From Octopus vulgaris (taxonomy: Eukaryota), in contig OX597828.1 in NCBI GenBank assembly GCA_951406725.2, positions 22,072,001 to 22,136,000 on the forward strand: a stretch of DNA of 64,000 bases, read 5' to 3'. The position numbers and the translations under genes were made by a program. The stretch's first letter is position 1, and each line of letters begins with the position of its first letter. Of this stretch, positions 11,072 through 27,334 are shown piece by piece. The notes under the pieces were generated by a model, which was not told the origin of the DNA, ran no database searches, and saw nothing but the letters and a program-made list of their open reading frames with translations.

Positions 11072-12159
11072 GGTTTAAGGTTTCTAACGCAATAAACACC
11101 CAATTAAGATCCATGATGGTATTCGTTCGACTAATTATTCTTTGCGTTCAAATTCCAACGTGGTTTTTTTTTGCCTTTTATCTTTTGGGGTATGATACGG
11201 GTCTTGATTACTCTTTCTTACTTTGTCACTTTTCTCTCTTCCAGTTTTGGGAAAATTAGCTGAGTTAAAATCTAGAGAAGCCGGGAGAACTCCTCAAAAT
11301 TTAAAATGCCCAAGACACGCTGAATATCATGACAAAACATCTACATATCTGGCAGGAATTGAGAACCCAAAGAACGATGGATATCTTCATTTGTCTTAAT
11401 TATAACCTCATAGAGGTTGTCTTGAAAACAACTTGCACATGCAAGTGCTACCAGTTAAAAGCTCCGTATATCGGAAGCTAGCAAGTGTATGGGGTCATCA
11501 GGAGAGAATGCACGCCGTTTCGGGGCCTACCTCTCGACGGCATCAATGCGCACCGCCCCCATCCCTCACTGATATGAGGCCCCGCTTGCTAGATCAGCTG
11601 GTTATGAAGAACTCAATATACTTCTAGCCATCGCTCATCGTCTCTTTTTAACCAAATCCAGTGGCTAGCCTTCTCCACTGTAGATTGGATATCAGTCATG
11701 GTGGTATTGACATTACGATGAGTTAGGCCTAACGATAACAAAAGTCGTCTCACGCTGTGTCCTACAAACCCTCTACATCCGACTTCGATAGGAAAATGTT
11801 TAATTTTCTTTATTACACTGGGATTTCTAAGGATAAATATAAAAAATCCTTTAACTTATTCTTCTACATATAAAAATTAATCATACTGTTAGTCTATATA
11901 CATATACACACACATACATACATCCATTCATACACACAAACACATACACACAAACACGTACACAAACACACAGACACACGTACACACACATACACACACG
12001 CACATGTATAATTATATACAGTAAAGTGACTGATGTGAAACATCGAATACACTGACTACAAAAAAATATATACATATACATACTTATGTGTGTGTGTTTG
12101 TGCGTGCGCGTGTGTATATTTGTACTTGTTTATATATATATATATATATATACCTTTTT

Positions 12160-12685
12160 TTATCAGTGTTCAAGATTAAATAATCATTAGTGAACTTGGG
12201 TGTTACAGAATGTTCTTTTTTTAATCAATGAATAATTTTCTTAAATTTGTCCGTTTTTATTTTGTCTGATTCGCATACGACGGTGTACTGATAATTACAC
12301 CTGGATAATCTCCTTTGATCTTTTTCTATCTGCTCTGTGTAGTTCAGATGTATTCTTAATATTTTATGCAAGGATGTGAGCCGTTGAGATGAGAGCTATA
12401 TGTTGGACTTCTTCTACCGTTGTTAGCTTTGGTAACGTTTTCCTCATTTTGTTTCTATCCAATTATTATGAACTACTGTGAACCGTGTGAATTCTACAAA
12501 ATGGAAAATCTTTTAAAAGGACCTATTGAAGGAAGGAGGACTTACATTTGTATAATGTTCTCTTATCTCTTTTTATTATATCTTGTCGTTGTTCCTCTCT
12601 TATCCATGCTGTATTTCTGCATATCCTTTCTCGAGCAGCTTTCAGCAATCTCTCTTGCGAATCCATAGTTCAGTCTAAATTGAAC
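12160..12685 (-). pseudogene. Highly decayed PLE C-terminus (GIY-YIG-like)
   Basis: Minus-strand remnants LNYGF, LLPSIGP, GVI/YQYTVVCES and KEH in the expected order; 3' end abuts (TA)n. Confidence 0.35.
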
Positions 12686-13099
12686 CTTATAAATAAATAT
12701 GAATTTTGAAGCGAGCAGACGATAAATAATTACTCAATAGTTCAATAAGAAAAATACTTTTCATTATCAACTCACTACCACCACCTGCAAACCGCCAACA
12801 CAAACACCTCCACCACCACCACCACCACCGATCCTCAGTCGCGAATACCTGGTTGCTAGAGCGATAGCCATGTTCTGCTCCAGCCAGGAATAAATAGCAA
12901 ACAAGGTGACCATCGATCACTAATTTGCAACAAGTAATATAGCAAGCTGTAACATCTTAAGAAGAGATCATAATAGTAACTATAGCAACAAGTAAAATCA
13001 ATCACCCCATCAAAGTAGCTGTTCCATGTTACTATTAGTTTAACCCCAGGCAGATCCTCCGTCAGCTTGTTAACGCTGGGATGCTGTACCCTTTATATA

Positions 13100-13700
13100 C
13101 AATATATATTGCTAGAAGGGTGTGTTTTTTCTTACGTACTCGAAATCCTGTGCGTTCCTATTTCAAGATGTATTTTAACAAATCTCAATCATTCGGAATA
13201 TATTTTTGGTCAGATGGAACACAGATGTCTACCAGTCAGTATATAAACAACTTCCTGTTTCTACTCTCTGATTATTAAATCTAGATATTTTGTTTTATCC
13301 CGTCCTCAGTTTGGACATGGACATCTGAAACGTTTCTAACCCTGCCTTTGTCATGTATCACAATTGGTAACAGGACTTCGGAAAATTTCGTGAGGAGTCG
13401 ACATAAATTTCCACAGTAGATAACTAACAGAGTGGTCGAATGTTTTTCAGAATTGGTAAAAGATGGACAGCAGAATACCATGTTCAAATATTTGTTTTGA
13501 TTGTAGTCCTACAGCTTTTTCACTGTTTATTTTTATAGTATTTTGTGTCGACTGATAGAATCGGATCTTACATGTCTTTAAGGTTACTGTTGCCTTCAAC
13601 TCGCATTCTGTTTCAATCTTTTTTATACGTTATTGTCAAGGGAGTAGATTTTTAATTTCAATAAACTGTGCTTCATATTAGAGAAATTAGTATGACGTTG
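13100..13700 (-). pseudogene. Decayed RTE-clade RT fragment
   Basis: Frameshifted YLNMVF, K(A)FD, IHDKGRV, SDVHVQT.GIKQ follow the RTE RT motif order. Confidence 0.5.
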
Positions 13701-13767
13701 ATTGTTGGCAAGTCGCCATGGTTGCAGTGACATGGCCGAGTTCTGAAGTGAAGATATAACGAAAAAT

Positions 13768-13923
<156 letters not shown>

Positions 13924-14026
13924 CTCCTGCTCACATTCTCTTTTTCTGAAGAGAATGATCTGAATCCAGAATATAGAGTTAAACACTCCATAAGTTGACA
14001 AGATACTCGCATACACGTCACACACG

Positions 14027-14111
<85 letters not shown>

Positions 14112-14128
14112 ATATATATATATGTGTG

Positions 14129-14161
<33 letters not shown>

Positions 14162-14224
14162 GTATATATATATATGTGTGTGTATATATATATATATATA
14201 ATGTATGTATGTATGGATATATAT

Positions 14225-14390
14225 TGCTGAAAAGTTCCTGGCTTTGGCTAAATGAAAATACAGCAGGATTAGTTAAGATTTTATCCAACATATTCCCCTA
14301 CCACAATCAGACACTTATTTGTGCGGTTCTGTACTTTTCCTAAGCCCTGTAAAACCCTTAAAGTCAAGTACTTTTCAACACCTACTCGTA
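14225..14390. mobile_element. Mariner-derived MITE
   Basis: Imperfect TIRs tgctgaaaagttcctggcttt and aaagtcaagtacttttcaaca.cctactcgta; ends in CTCGTA, the mariner TACGAG terminus. Confidence 0.65.
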
Positions 14391-14447
14391 TATATTCACA
14401 CACGCGCGCATATATCTTTTTAAGTGTTCTCTCGTATGTAGGTGTGG

Positions 14448-14482
<35 letters not shown>

Positions 14483-15214
14483 CATACACACGGAGTATAT
14501 ATGCGTGTATCTATCTTTCTCGATCTCTATATATATGTATAAATACATATGTATATACATGCATACATACATATATGCATACACACGCATGAAACGGTGT
14601 TTCTTTTAATTAATTATTTATCGTATTTCTTTCGTGACCACTGTATTGTATATATTTGTACTGAAGTTTCTAAAGTCGTGACTGTTCCACACCCAAACAA
14701 TAACACACACACAAGCACATGAGACCCACACACACACATGAGACCCACACAGACACACACATGAGACCCACACACGCATACTCATATATCCACAAATGTA
14801 CATATACATACTGATATACCTATTGGCTGTTTCGCAAATGGAGAATGCTTAGTGAAGCAACCAATAGATGGACTGTTTCAGTTGTGAGCGTGAACCAATC
14901 AAAAATGAGATGAGTTGAATGTGAAGAAATCACTTTATGATTTGTGTTTACGTCTAAAATTTTGACGTGGAAATGTACTCAGTGAACTCTCACTTATATT
15001 CAATACGTTTTTAATCAGACTTCCAATCCCTGGACATAAAAATTTTGTAAAACAAATGTTTTCCAATTTTCTTTATTAATAAAATAGCAACATATAAGAA
15101 AAACGATGAAAAAAAAAACGAAAACAAAAACTGGAAGAGAGCAGACGACAGAAAGAGACATACTGTATATGTGCTTGTGTGTGTGTGCGTGCGTGTGTGT
15201 GTGTTTGTGCGTGC

Positions 15215-15259
<45 letters not shown>

Positions 15260-15424
15260 TGTGTGTGTGTGCGTGTAAAATTGAAGGATGATAAACAAAA
15301 ATTAAACAGAAACCAAAAAGAATATACCAACGCCGTGGAAGACAACGAATATTTCATTGTTTTCGTCACATCAGTGAAAGAATGTGGAAATTTTTAAAAG
15401 ACACAAAAATCTAAGAAGAGCCTA

Positions 15425-16620
<1,196 letters not shown>

Positions 16621-17093
16621 GCCTTTTCTTTTCGTAATTTGGAATCTCTTGATGGTAAAGCAAGGTTCATAATTTGTTGAAAGCAATCTCTAGATGGAAT
16701 CTCCGCCATTTGTGAACAAGTAAACATTGTCATGGAACAACATCAAACAATGACGATATACAAGGAAATAGCAAGCCAAACCAAAAACAAAAAATAATAA
16801 TAATAAATATGTAGGAAAATCAAAAAGGAAAAAAAAGAATCTGAGATTCGTATTGTTGCATCTTATTTGAAACATTTTTTTGTCTCTCTGTCTTCATCTT
16901 TTTTTCCCCGTTTGTCTTGTTTTTCTTTTCTTTATTTCTTTTTGTCGTAAATATTGGAGCAGATATAAAAGTCACAACGGAACGTACAGTGAATGGATGT
17001 ATCTTCCCACTGATGGCAGGTTTAAAATAAAACTTTTAATTTTTCATTCTGTATTCTTTTGGTGTAGGCGGACTTACGACTGCTGCTTTTATT

Positions 17094-17154
<61 letters not shown>

Positions 17155-17239
17155 CAGCGGTAGTAGTATTATTGGTATACAAGTAGTTGTAATAGCAGAT
17201 GTACTGCTAGGTGTATTAGCAGTTTATTTATAATAATCT

Positions 17240-17687
17240 TTTCTCTAAGCACAATGTCCGGAATTTTTGGAGAGAGGTGGGGGCAGTCGATTAGATCAAC
17301 CCCAATATGCAACTGGCACTTAATTTATCAAGCCCGAAAGGATAAAATGCAAAGTCGAGCTCGGAAAAGATTTGAACTCAGAACGTAAAGATAGACGAAT
17401 TACTGCTAAGCATTTCACCCGGCGTGCTAACGTTTCGGCAAGCTCGTCGCCTTGAAGAGGGTGTAATAGTATTATTTTCTACTCTAGCTAAAAGGCCACA
17501 AATACTTGGGGGGGGGCAGCAGTCGATTAGATTGACCCCAATATGCAAATTGTTCTTAATTTATCAACCCCGAATGGATAAAAAGCAAAGTCGACTTCGG
17601 CAGAATTTGAACTCAGAACGTAAAGACAGACGGAAGACCACGAAACATTTCGCCCGGTGTGTTAACGTTTCTGCCAGCTCGCCGCCT
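17240..17687 (-). mobile_element. Two tandem diverged family C SINEs (about 17240-17452 and 17475-17687)
   Basis: Each has aaagtcga...tttgaactcagaacgtaaag...gctcgYcgcc. Confidence 0.85.
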
Positions 17688-17996
17688 TAAAGTGGATGTA
17701 GTAGTATTGTTAATCGTTGTTCTTAGACGGTATTAGTTATATTAGAATTAGTAGTCGTAATATTAGTTCTTGTGGCAGTTGTTGTTGTAGTAACAGTAGA
17801 GCGAATAACAGTAATAATAGGAGCTATGGTAATCAAAGTATTAGCATCAGTAGGAGAAATGATACAAAGATTAAGTATACTAGCGTCAGCAACAGCTTCA
17901 GCAGCAGTAGTAGTTTCATCATACACACGCGCACACATACACACATACACATACAGAGACATACACAAACACAAAATATATATATTTGTATAGATG

Positions 17997-18061
<65 letters not shown>

Positions 18062-18118
18062 GTCTGTCTGTCTGTCTGTCTGTCTGTCCCTCTGTCAATG
18101 GATGTATGCATCTGTCTG

Positions 18119-18185
<67 letters not shown>

Positions 18186-18294
18186 GTCTGCCTGTCTGTC
18201 TATCTTCTTATCCATCTATTTATTTACTTTCTCTCTCTCTCTCTCCATCTCGCTCTCTCTCTCTATATATATATATATATACATATATATATCA

Positions 18295-18505
18295 GTCGCC
18301 ATGATTGACCAGTAACTCCAAAAGTGTTTTTTCTCGCTCAGTTTTTCAATTCTCTCTCTGTTTATTTCCTTGTGTTCCATTCTATTGAGGAGCGTAGGCT
18401 CTAAACGTAAACGACATTCTCATCTACTCAAGCGTCAATCTGATACACCTGCTTATTGATTATACATCTCTCTTCGTCTTATGTTTTATGCAAATTTCAA
18501 CTGTA
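18295..18505 (+). mobile_element. HHR-like repeat copy between (TA)n tracts
   Basis: cgccatgatt...gagcgtaggctc taaa cg ta...cttcgtctt; aligns with the reverse complement of 43325-43530. Confidence 0.7.
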
Positions 18506-19782
18506 TAAATATATATATATATATATATATATACATACACATACATGTGTGTATGTGTGTGCGTACGTATGTAAGTACATATGTAAGTATTTGCAAAAGC
18601 GTGTAGCATATTTGGACACTAAGAAAATCATGCATTATATACTGTTTAGAAGAAAATTTCACGGTTTAATAAAATAGGTGTAAACGCATCAAGCCAGTTC
18701 TAAGCGAACTTTAACTCGACCAGCTAATATATGCATTTCGGAGTGGTTATCTCTTCCTCAACATCAGATGCCTGTATCAATCCATATATGTATACACTCA
18801 TCTATGCACAGACAAAGAAGATAGAGAGATTTTTTCTTGTCAGTGCATTTTGCGTAAGAGTTACTGCAAATATAATTGTGCATATACCTGCTATATATGT
18901 ATACATACGTAAGCGCATATATATATATATATATATATATACAGAGCTGTTTAACTTTCGAGAAACATGATTCGATACAGATGGGCCACCAAATAAAAAA
19001 TTAATTCGCGAGCATAAACAGAAGCCATAAATTATCCAAGAATTTTTTAAAATACGAACGAACAACATGTGATCACAAGAAATTCTCGTATTTAATATTT
19101 CTTCTTCTAAAGCTCTACCAAAGATTACGATTCCTCACTTGGACTGTAGGTACATCTTTCGTAATCACTGATGAGATCTATTGATGGCAGCAAATCATTT
19201 TATATATATTTTTTTTAGATTTAGTTTAAATTCACAGTCTAGAATTTTCTTCTAATGTGTCCAATAACATAACGTAAAACAAATATATCTTTGAATGTAT
19301 CCGTGTGTATTTGTGGTTCGCTGTTATATATTATGCATGTGTATACGTGTATTTGTGCGTGTGTGTGTTTATGTGTATAAGTGTGTGTGTGTGTGTGTAA
19401 TGCTTATTTATGTTTGTTTGTGTGTGTGTGGTTGTGTGTTTGTGGGTTTGTATTTGTGCGTGTTTGAGTCGATTTAATATTTGACGAAATTTCGTCGTTG
19501 AAGCGTTGCCGTTGGCAATCAAGAATCTCCAATTCGAGTAATGAAGCTGGCTGCATGAAATACTAAATTACCTATCTTATTTACACACACACATACACAC
19601 ACACAAACACACATATACTCACACACAGAAACACACAAACACTACACACACCTGCATACATACAAATATATACATACAGACGTATATATGCATATACTTG
19701 AATCCAATTATACATATATGTATGTGTGTCGTTCTGAGTGTGTATGTATATATATATACGCACATGCAATTGCGTACTTACA

Positions 19783-19844
<62 letters not shown>

Positions 19845-20084
19845 TATATGTATATATATATATATGTGTGTATGTATGTATGTATTACACATACGACTAT
19901 ATGCATATGTGTACATCTATCTAACTATCTATCTATCTATATAATATTTATTTACATAAACAAATATAATACATACATACATGTATACACATATAAATAT
20001 ATAATTATATACCTAAGCATAAACATACATTTATCTTGTTACCTTAATATGTATATATGCATGTGTATGTGTGCTGATAGATAT

Positions 20085-20147
<63 letters not shown>

Positions 20148-20884
20148 TGATATGCACATATACAAACACAGTCACACATATATATTTCATATTATATTTC
20201 AGGATAGTGCTGAGATGACAAGTTTTATGATCGACTCTATTTTTATAAAAAAAAGAAATCATTGCCGTTAGTTTATAATTAGTTTATACTCCTGGGGTTA
20301 ATTATCTTCTTCACAATTGGAACAATTAGTCACATAGCGATATAATTTTGTTGCTTTTGCTTTTTCAGTTATCGGATTGCGGTCAGTGTTTCTCTAGGGA
20401 TTTTAAAACCCTAGATTTCAGTTGTTTATATAGAGTAACATACATTTGTTTACTACTATTTCAGCGATCTTCTTAAAAATGAAATATAATTATACGGAAG
20501 TTTTATTCTGACCGAGTTACTTACTGCAATTGAAGTACATTTTGGGGTCGCTTTTATTTGTAACTGACAGACTTGTTTAACGTCTTTTGCTTCTACCAAA
20601 CCTCACTGAGAATGATTATGTTTCTCTGATCCAAATGTTGTAGAAACTCTTGCCTAGGAAGTTATGCAGGTGGAGCGCATCCTCAACTGTTGACCATGAC
20701 GATTTGAAGAGAACATTTCACCCATTCAGCTATACCAAATCGTATGCTACTTATTGGGGATTAGACGAAATGTGCAGACCAAGAAGCGTGATGAGATTAT
20801 CTCTGATCTTTCGTATACTTGTTTTAGTCACTGGACAGCAGTCTCATTGGGGCACAGAAGTGAATTGCTTAGTAAGATAAATGG

Positions 20885-21070
20885 TTTTGTGGTAAAAATC
20901 TTACTTCCCAACCACATGGTACCTGGTTCAGTCCCACTGCGACACCTTGGGAAAATGTTTACTGCTATAGTCTCTGTCCGACTAAAACCTTGTGAATAAA
21001 TTTGGTAGACTGAAACTGTAAGAAACCCGTCGTATATATAAAAGTATGTATATATGTGTGTATCTATGCA

Positions 21071-21101
<31 letters not shown>

Positions 21102-21112
21102 ATGTGTGTATG

Positions 21113-21143
<31 letters not shown>

Positions 21144-21335
21144 TTGTATATACTTGCGTGCCTGGGTTTGTCCCCGCACCACAATCGATTGACAGCCGAT
21201 GTTGGCCTGGTTACGTCCCTGTAACTCATCTGTCCGTAAAAAGGGAACGATAGAATAAGTACCTGGTTTACTAAGCATATATTCTGATGTCGATCTGGTC
21301 AACTAAAGGCGGTGCTCCAGCATGGACGCAGGCAG
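20885..21335 (+). mobile_element. SINE family B with internal TA/TG tract
   Basis: aaccacatggt...gacaccttggg...aaaggcggtgctccagcatgg. Confidence 0.85.
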
Positions 21336-21364
21336 ATTGCTGAATATATATATATATATGCATG

Positions 21365-21408
<44 letters not shown>

Positions 21409-21448
21409 TGTATGTATGTATATATATATATATATATATATATGCATG

Positions 21449-21489
<41 letters not shown>

Positions 21490-21613
21490 GTATATATATT
21501 TATATATATATATATACATATATTGTAACTTAAGAAATCCCAAGTTAACTTGCCGAAGGTATAATTTCAAATGCATAAATAATAATAGTAACAGCAGCAG
21601 CAGCAGCAGCTGC

Positions 21614-21666
<53 letters not shown>

Positions 21667-22354
21667 CAGCAGCAGCAGCAGTATTAACAGTAGTAGTAGT
21701 AGTACTTGTAGCGTAGAAGACGCACGCTTCTATTTGGGCCCGAGCATTGGAGAGTATGCAGTAGTAAGATGTTGCAATCACTCATTGTGGTCTTTCAAGA
21801 ATCGTATTGTAGCATTATTGTCATATTGCTCTCATCCCACACGGTCCCTCATAACGTCTTTTCACCCTCATCTTAAAGAGCACACCTTAGCTTTCACAAC
21901 ACAACCTTCGTCTCACGCGATGAAGCATTGCTCTAAGACCAATGGTGCAACGCGCCCATCGGTCACGATATCTTTCCTGTTTGTCTCTAGTAGTTGTTTT
22001 CCTTTCTTTCAATTGGACTTATAGAACAAAATCGGCTTCTGCATACTTTCTATTTAACTAAATTACTGTCAAGGAATTTGCTCGAGGTGCAGTTAATTGC
22101 AATCAAACAATAACCCACATCGCTTCAAATCGATCGTGCTAACCATGCTGCTATTCGTGTATTTATTGGTCACCCGAAATTCTGGATGCTTCGTCTGACA
22201 TTATATATTTCTTAAATATTAAATCCATTGCGTGCATCTTTAGTCTTCGGTTGGTAAATATTTTCGGTCGACATTTGATCTATGTCTGTTAAACACACAG
22301 AATATAAAAAACGTTAAACATATTTAATCACATGTTGTACGAGCAAAAATGTAA

Positions 22355-22432
<78 letters not shown>

Positions 22433-22592
22433 AGGTATATATATGTGTACATATATATATATATATATATGTATGTATGCATATATATGTGTACATACAC
22501 ACACACACACACATATATATATATATGCATATGAACATATGCATATACACATACATATAGACAAAAACTATATACGCAGATATATATATATA

Positions 22593-22643
<51 letters not shown>

Positions 22644-22681
22644 TCATATATACATATACCTATGCATATATTTATACATGG

Positions 22682-22713
<32 letters not shown>

Positions 22714-23149
22714 ATCTGTATGTATATACTCACACATAGATCTAACGGAGATTTGTTGGATATGAATGAAGAAACGTAAAAAACTCTTTGGAGACATTTC
22801 ATGAATATTCTTAGAATTATTACTCAAGAGCTTGATACATCACCGCAAGTGTCTTTGAGGAATTGAATAACACCACGGAAGAGCTGTCGTCTGTGAATTC
22901 CGTTTGTGAATTTCATATATATAAACTTATGTGTGCGAATGTGTGCTGGTGTGAACGTGTGTGTATTTGAGCGCTTGTGTATTAGTCATTCTACCCCTTA
23001 AAAGTTTGACAGATATAATATATATCTTTAATTCCATATATAATGAATGATATGTTGTAACTGATAAACTTCACAAACTGTATCGAGACCTGTGTACGGA
23101 ATTTGGTAATTCTACTCAATTGATACCAGTACAATGTGGAACATCAACT

Positions 23150-23850
23150 GTAATGTTAACGTGTTGGTTGACATGTGTTCCATTGTCTCATCTGTCTCAT
23201 TCGCTTCTAAGTTCAAATTCAACGTTAGCGGGCCAACAGCCAACGTTAATTACCCTTCTACGGTTTCACCTTATCTTACCGACGACTGGCTCCACATAGT
23301 GTATCGAGAGATGAGTCTTTACTCAGAATAGACAAACTAGAAACGGCATGTTGAGAATTTATGCAGCAGCTGGCCAACATCAGTTAAGGAGAAAGGTAAT
23401 GAAAATTCTTCTAAAACTCTAGTTTCGGATACATAATCCGCCATTATTGCCTTGTGTTGTTTGTGATGTAAATGTCTGTACAAAAAAAAAAGAACAGAAA
23501 AGAAAACGAGATGGTTATGTTTGTATCACGGTATTGGCCTTATGTCAGCTGCAGTGGTCTTGACATTGAGTATGAAAAACAGCTGCAATTTCCTCGTCAA
23601 ATCCTCGTCTATAATGCTTTTAAATGCCTGCAGTTATCTGACCGTCATATTCCAGTCGATGCATAAAGAAACACTAGTGTGTAAGTACTGCATCACTGCT
23701 GGTTACATGCTGGACTACGGAACCACTATCCATGATCATGGTAAAGACCTGCAGCTCAACTCTCGAAGGAAAAACTTACGACACAACTTCATTGTTCTCT
23801 CTGGGCTCCCAAAATGATAGAGTTTATGTCTTAGTAATTGAGAAAAGGTG
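23150..23850 (-). pseudogene. Highly decayed RTE-like LINE fragment
   Basis: Faint motifs resembling G.PEK, LF...IDW, F.YL and LYGA on the minus strand. Confidence 0.3.
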
Positions 23851-23959
23851 CGCGTGCATGTTTTGATGATGGTTTCCATATTTAAACGTAGTGACTTAAT
23901 ATGATTACATATGTGGCTTTCCTTCCCGCCATTACAATTGAGATGGTTACAGAATATTC

Positions 23960-24081
23960 TTTTCTACTCTAGGCACAAGGCTCGAAATTTTGGGGAAATT
24001 TTCGATTACATTGCCCCCAGAAAGCAACCGGTAAGTAATTTATCGACCCCGAAAGGATGAAAGGCAAAGTCGTCCTCGGCG
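23960..24081 (-). mobile_element. 5'-truncated family C SINE with TSD
   Basis: Flanked by gatggttaYagaatatt on both sides. Confidence 0.8.
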
Positions 24082-24122
24082 GATGGTTATAGAATATTAT
24101 TCTTGTTTGTAATATTCTTAGA

Positions 24123-24373
24123 GTGGAGGCGCGTGGCTTAGTGTTTAGGGTGTCAGCGTCATGATCGTAAGATTGTGGTTTCGATTCCTGGACTGGGCGA
24201 CACGTTGTGCTCTTGAGCAAAACACTTCATTTCACGTTGCTCCAGTCCACTCCGCTGGCAAAAATGAGTAACGCTGCGATGGACTGGCGTCCCGTCCAGC
24301 TGGGGAACACATACGTCATAGAAACCGAGAGACCGGGCCCATGAGTCTGGCTAGGCTTTAAAAGGGCGCATTT
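24123..24373 (+). mobile_element. tRNA-derived SINE, family D
   Basis: ggaggcgcgtggcttagtg (A box), ggtttcgattcc (B box), cttgagcaaaacactt...gcgatggactggcgtcccgtccag; head shared with 57214 and 54675. Confidence 0.85.
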
Positions 24374-24402
24374 ATTATTTTTGATATTCTTAGAAAGAAA
24401 AA

Positions 24403-25082
24403 GTGATGACCTGGCAGAATCGTTAGCGTGCCGCGGAAAATTGATTTGCGGCATTTCGGCCGTCATTTCCTCCGGTGTTCAAATTCCACCGAAGTCGCCT
24501 TCGCTTTTTGTTCTTTCGGGGTCGATAAAATATATTCCAGTTGAGTACTCCAATGTAATCAGCTTCCCCTACTGAAAGTACTGGCCTTGCACCAAAATTT
24601 GAAAGCAATTTTCTTGAAGAGAGAAGGCGAAGAGCTAGTAAAATTCATAGAACACTGGATATAATGCTTAGCGTTATTTTGGTAGTTATTACGTTCCGAG
24701 CCCAAATCCTGCCGAGATCGACCTTGCCTTTTATCCATTATCGGTCGATAAAAGAAGTAGCGGTAATGTTCTGAGATCGATGCATTCGATGATCACTTTC
24801 TCCCAAATTTTTTGGAATTGGCCGTTAGTGTAAAGTAATAGTCACTGAGAGAAAAAAAAGGGGAAAGCAGTGACCTGGCAGAATCGTAAACTCGTCGGGC
24901 AAAATGCTTCGCGAAATTTCTTCCAGCGTTTTACGTTCTGAGTTCAAATTCCTCCCAGGTCGATTTTGCCCTTCACGCTTCTGTGGTGGGGTCGATAAAA
25001 TAAGTACCAGTTATGCATTGGAGGATCTCTGTAATCGACTAGAGCCCTCTATCAAAATGTTAAGCCTTGTTCCTGTAGTAGA
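24403..25082 (+). mobile_element. Three tandem diverged family C SINEs
   Basis: Heads at ~24405, ~24627 and ~24868, each with the gtcga...ttcgcc/ttgcc...gtcgataaaa domain. Confidence 0.8.
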
Positions 25083-25923
25083 ATTTTTGAGAGAGTGGAC
25101 TGTGAAAAGGAGTGATAGAAAGACAGAGAAGAAGTGAAAGATTGAGAAAGAGAGAGAGATGGGGGAAGAGAAAGAGAGGGCATGTGGGAGAGAGTGTGTG
25201 ATGGGTCATTTGCAGGTCTTGTCAGAAATTCCGAATCCAGGGCTTCACTCCTGCAAGAGGAACCTCTCCCTGGAATCCTTCCACCGCTGTGTCTTTGGTC
25301 AGTTGGGGCCACATAAGCACCAGGTAGCCATTTTATTTTTCCTTTTCCAATGACTCTTCCTGCGCGACACAGAAATTATTAAACAAAAATCGTTCGCAAA
25401 TCGCGCTTTGCCGCTTTCAAATATCTCTCTCTTTCACCTACCTTGTTCTTTAAGATGCCACCAGATTGAAAATCTTACTGCTACAGCATCAATAAATGTC
25501 TCCCAGAACTAAAGTTAATGACTTTAAAGTCTTTTCGAATGCAACAGTAATTAAATTCCACGACTTAATCCAATGAAACATGTAATCTTTGATTGGGTGG
25601 AAGTGATATAACAGTAGTTTATATGTGTAGTCGTCGGACATGTTCGTCACGTCCAGTATACATATATATCTCTTTCAAACCTGTCTTCATTACATTTCTG
25701 CAGTGTTCTTGTCGCAACTAAGTAATACCAATTTCGTAACGAAACCGACTGTAAAATCATGTTTATTTTTCCTCTGATCAGCTTATCTGTTCTGTTCGTT
25801 TAATAATAAATCAAAGTCTACATCTAAACAAGCTGCTAATTGTCTGTTATCAAAACCTTTCTTTCTTTCTATCTGTCGGATTTGTTACTGGTTGTGCATC
25901 TGTCTGTTTATCTATCTATCTAG

Positions 25924-26000
<77 letters not shown>

Positions 26001-26057
26001 AAATCTATCTATCTATCTATCTATTATCTATTGACCTATATATTTCTTTTACCACAA

Positions 26058-26120
<63 letters not shown>

Positions 26121-26286
26121 GCAAACAGAGAATTATTAAAAGTCCTCTCTATCTTTCACCCGCTCTCTTTCTGTGTGAGTGTGTGTATTGACTTATAAAC
26201 ATTTACTATAACTGAAAGTATATTAAGGTTGAAAAACGAACAAAGTACGGTGTTTCTACCACCAATTATATAATATATATATTACT

Positions 26287-26963
26287 AAGAAAGAGAGAAC
26301 ATATTTCAGATGTCAGTGTTCATATTCACCCAGTATATTTCAAAGCGTCGGAATACTCCACAGCATACATAGGTGCATTCATATACACAAGACGTAATAC
26401 AAAATTTTATAAAGGTTGTATGTCCGTATCAAAACCAAAGTGGATGTTAAAATATGCGGAGGGTGAATGTATAGCGGTAATACTGATAGATCAGAAAGTT
26501 GGTATAAAATGATTTTAAAAGGAACCTTGAGTAGGTGCAAAGTCTGACGGCCGTTTCTTAAAACTTTAAGATTTAAATAATTCTTATAAATCCTTTAGAT
26601 TAACTCTGACGAGAGAAATATAGATGATTGTTGTGGTTGGAATTAACTCGCCCATACAAACCTATATCTTCCCGAAACGGCCGTCTGACTTTGGACCTTC
26701 TCGAGATTCCTTTTAGAATCATTTTATACCAACTTTCTAATCTATCTGTATTATCGCTATGCATCCACCATCCGCATATTTTAATATACTCTTTGATTTT
26801 AATATGACATACAACCTCGCAAGTACATTTATGTATTTATATACTTATACATTTACAAATGTTAATATTATTTCATGTGTATATGAATGCACCCATCTAT
26901 GCTGTGGAGCATTCTGACGTTTTGAAATTTATATGTACCTTTGAAATTTGTTCTCTCTTTCTT
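26287..26963. repeat. Diverged inverted repeat (arms ~26287-26557 and ~26674-26963), PLE-type with hammerhead
   Basis: For example gaaagttggtataaaatgattttaaaaggaa vs ttccttttagaatcattttataccaactttc; aagaaagagagaac vs gttctctctttctt. Confidence 0.9.
26601..26690 (+). ncRNA. Type I hammerhead ribozyme motif, long stem II, weak stem I
   Basis: CTGACGA(26606)-gagaaatatag...ctatatcttccc-GAAA(26674)-cggccg-TC; palindromic stem III, GUC triplet. Confidence 0.7.
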
Positions 26964-27334
26964 GGTTTTATATTCCTGAGGCGCTGTTAGAGCGCTAATT
27001 AGCTGTATAAGGGGATAATTATCATATTCATTTCTTCATTATATATATATATAACAGTTATTTATATATATGTATAACTGTTATTTATAGCTTTTTGCGT
27101 ATGCTTTGAAATATTAAAAAACTCTACGTATATGTGTGCGTGCATGTAAGTCCAGTGGTGGTAAATATAAATTTGATCGGAGTTTGTGCTGTAAATATGT
27201 ATAGAGTTCAAATAAACAATGGGAAAGAAAGTAAGAGAACAATATAAAACTAGAAATGTCTAACAGCATGGCGGCAAAGTGAACGTAATACATAATAAAT
27301 GGGAAGGGACAAGTGTCGACGTTTTGCACAAATA

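Noticed and set aside
25380-25660. Possible decayed PLE RT on the minus strand (LDVT...TTVY)
   Set aside because: Similarity too faint to support by eye.
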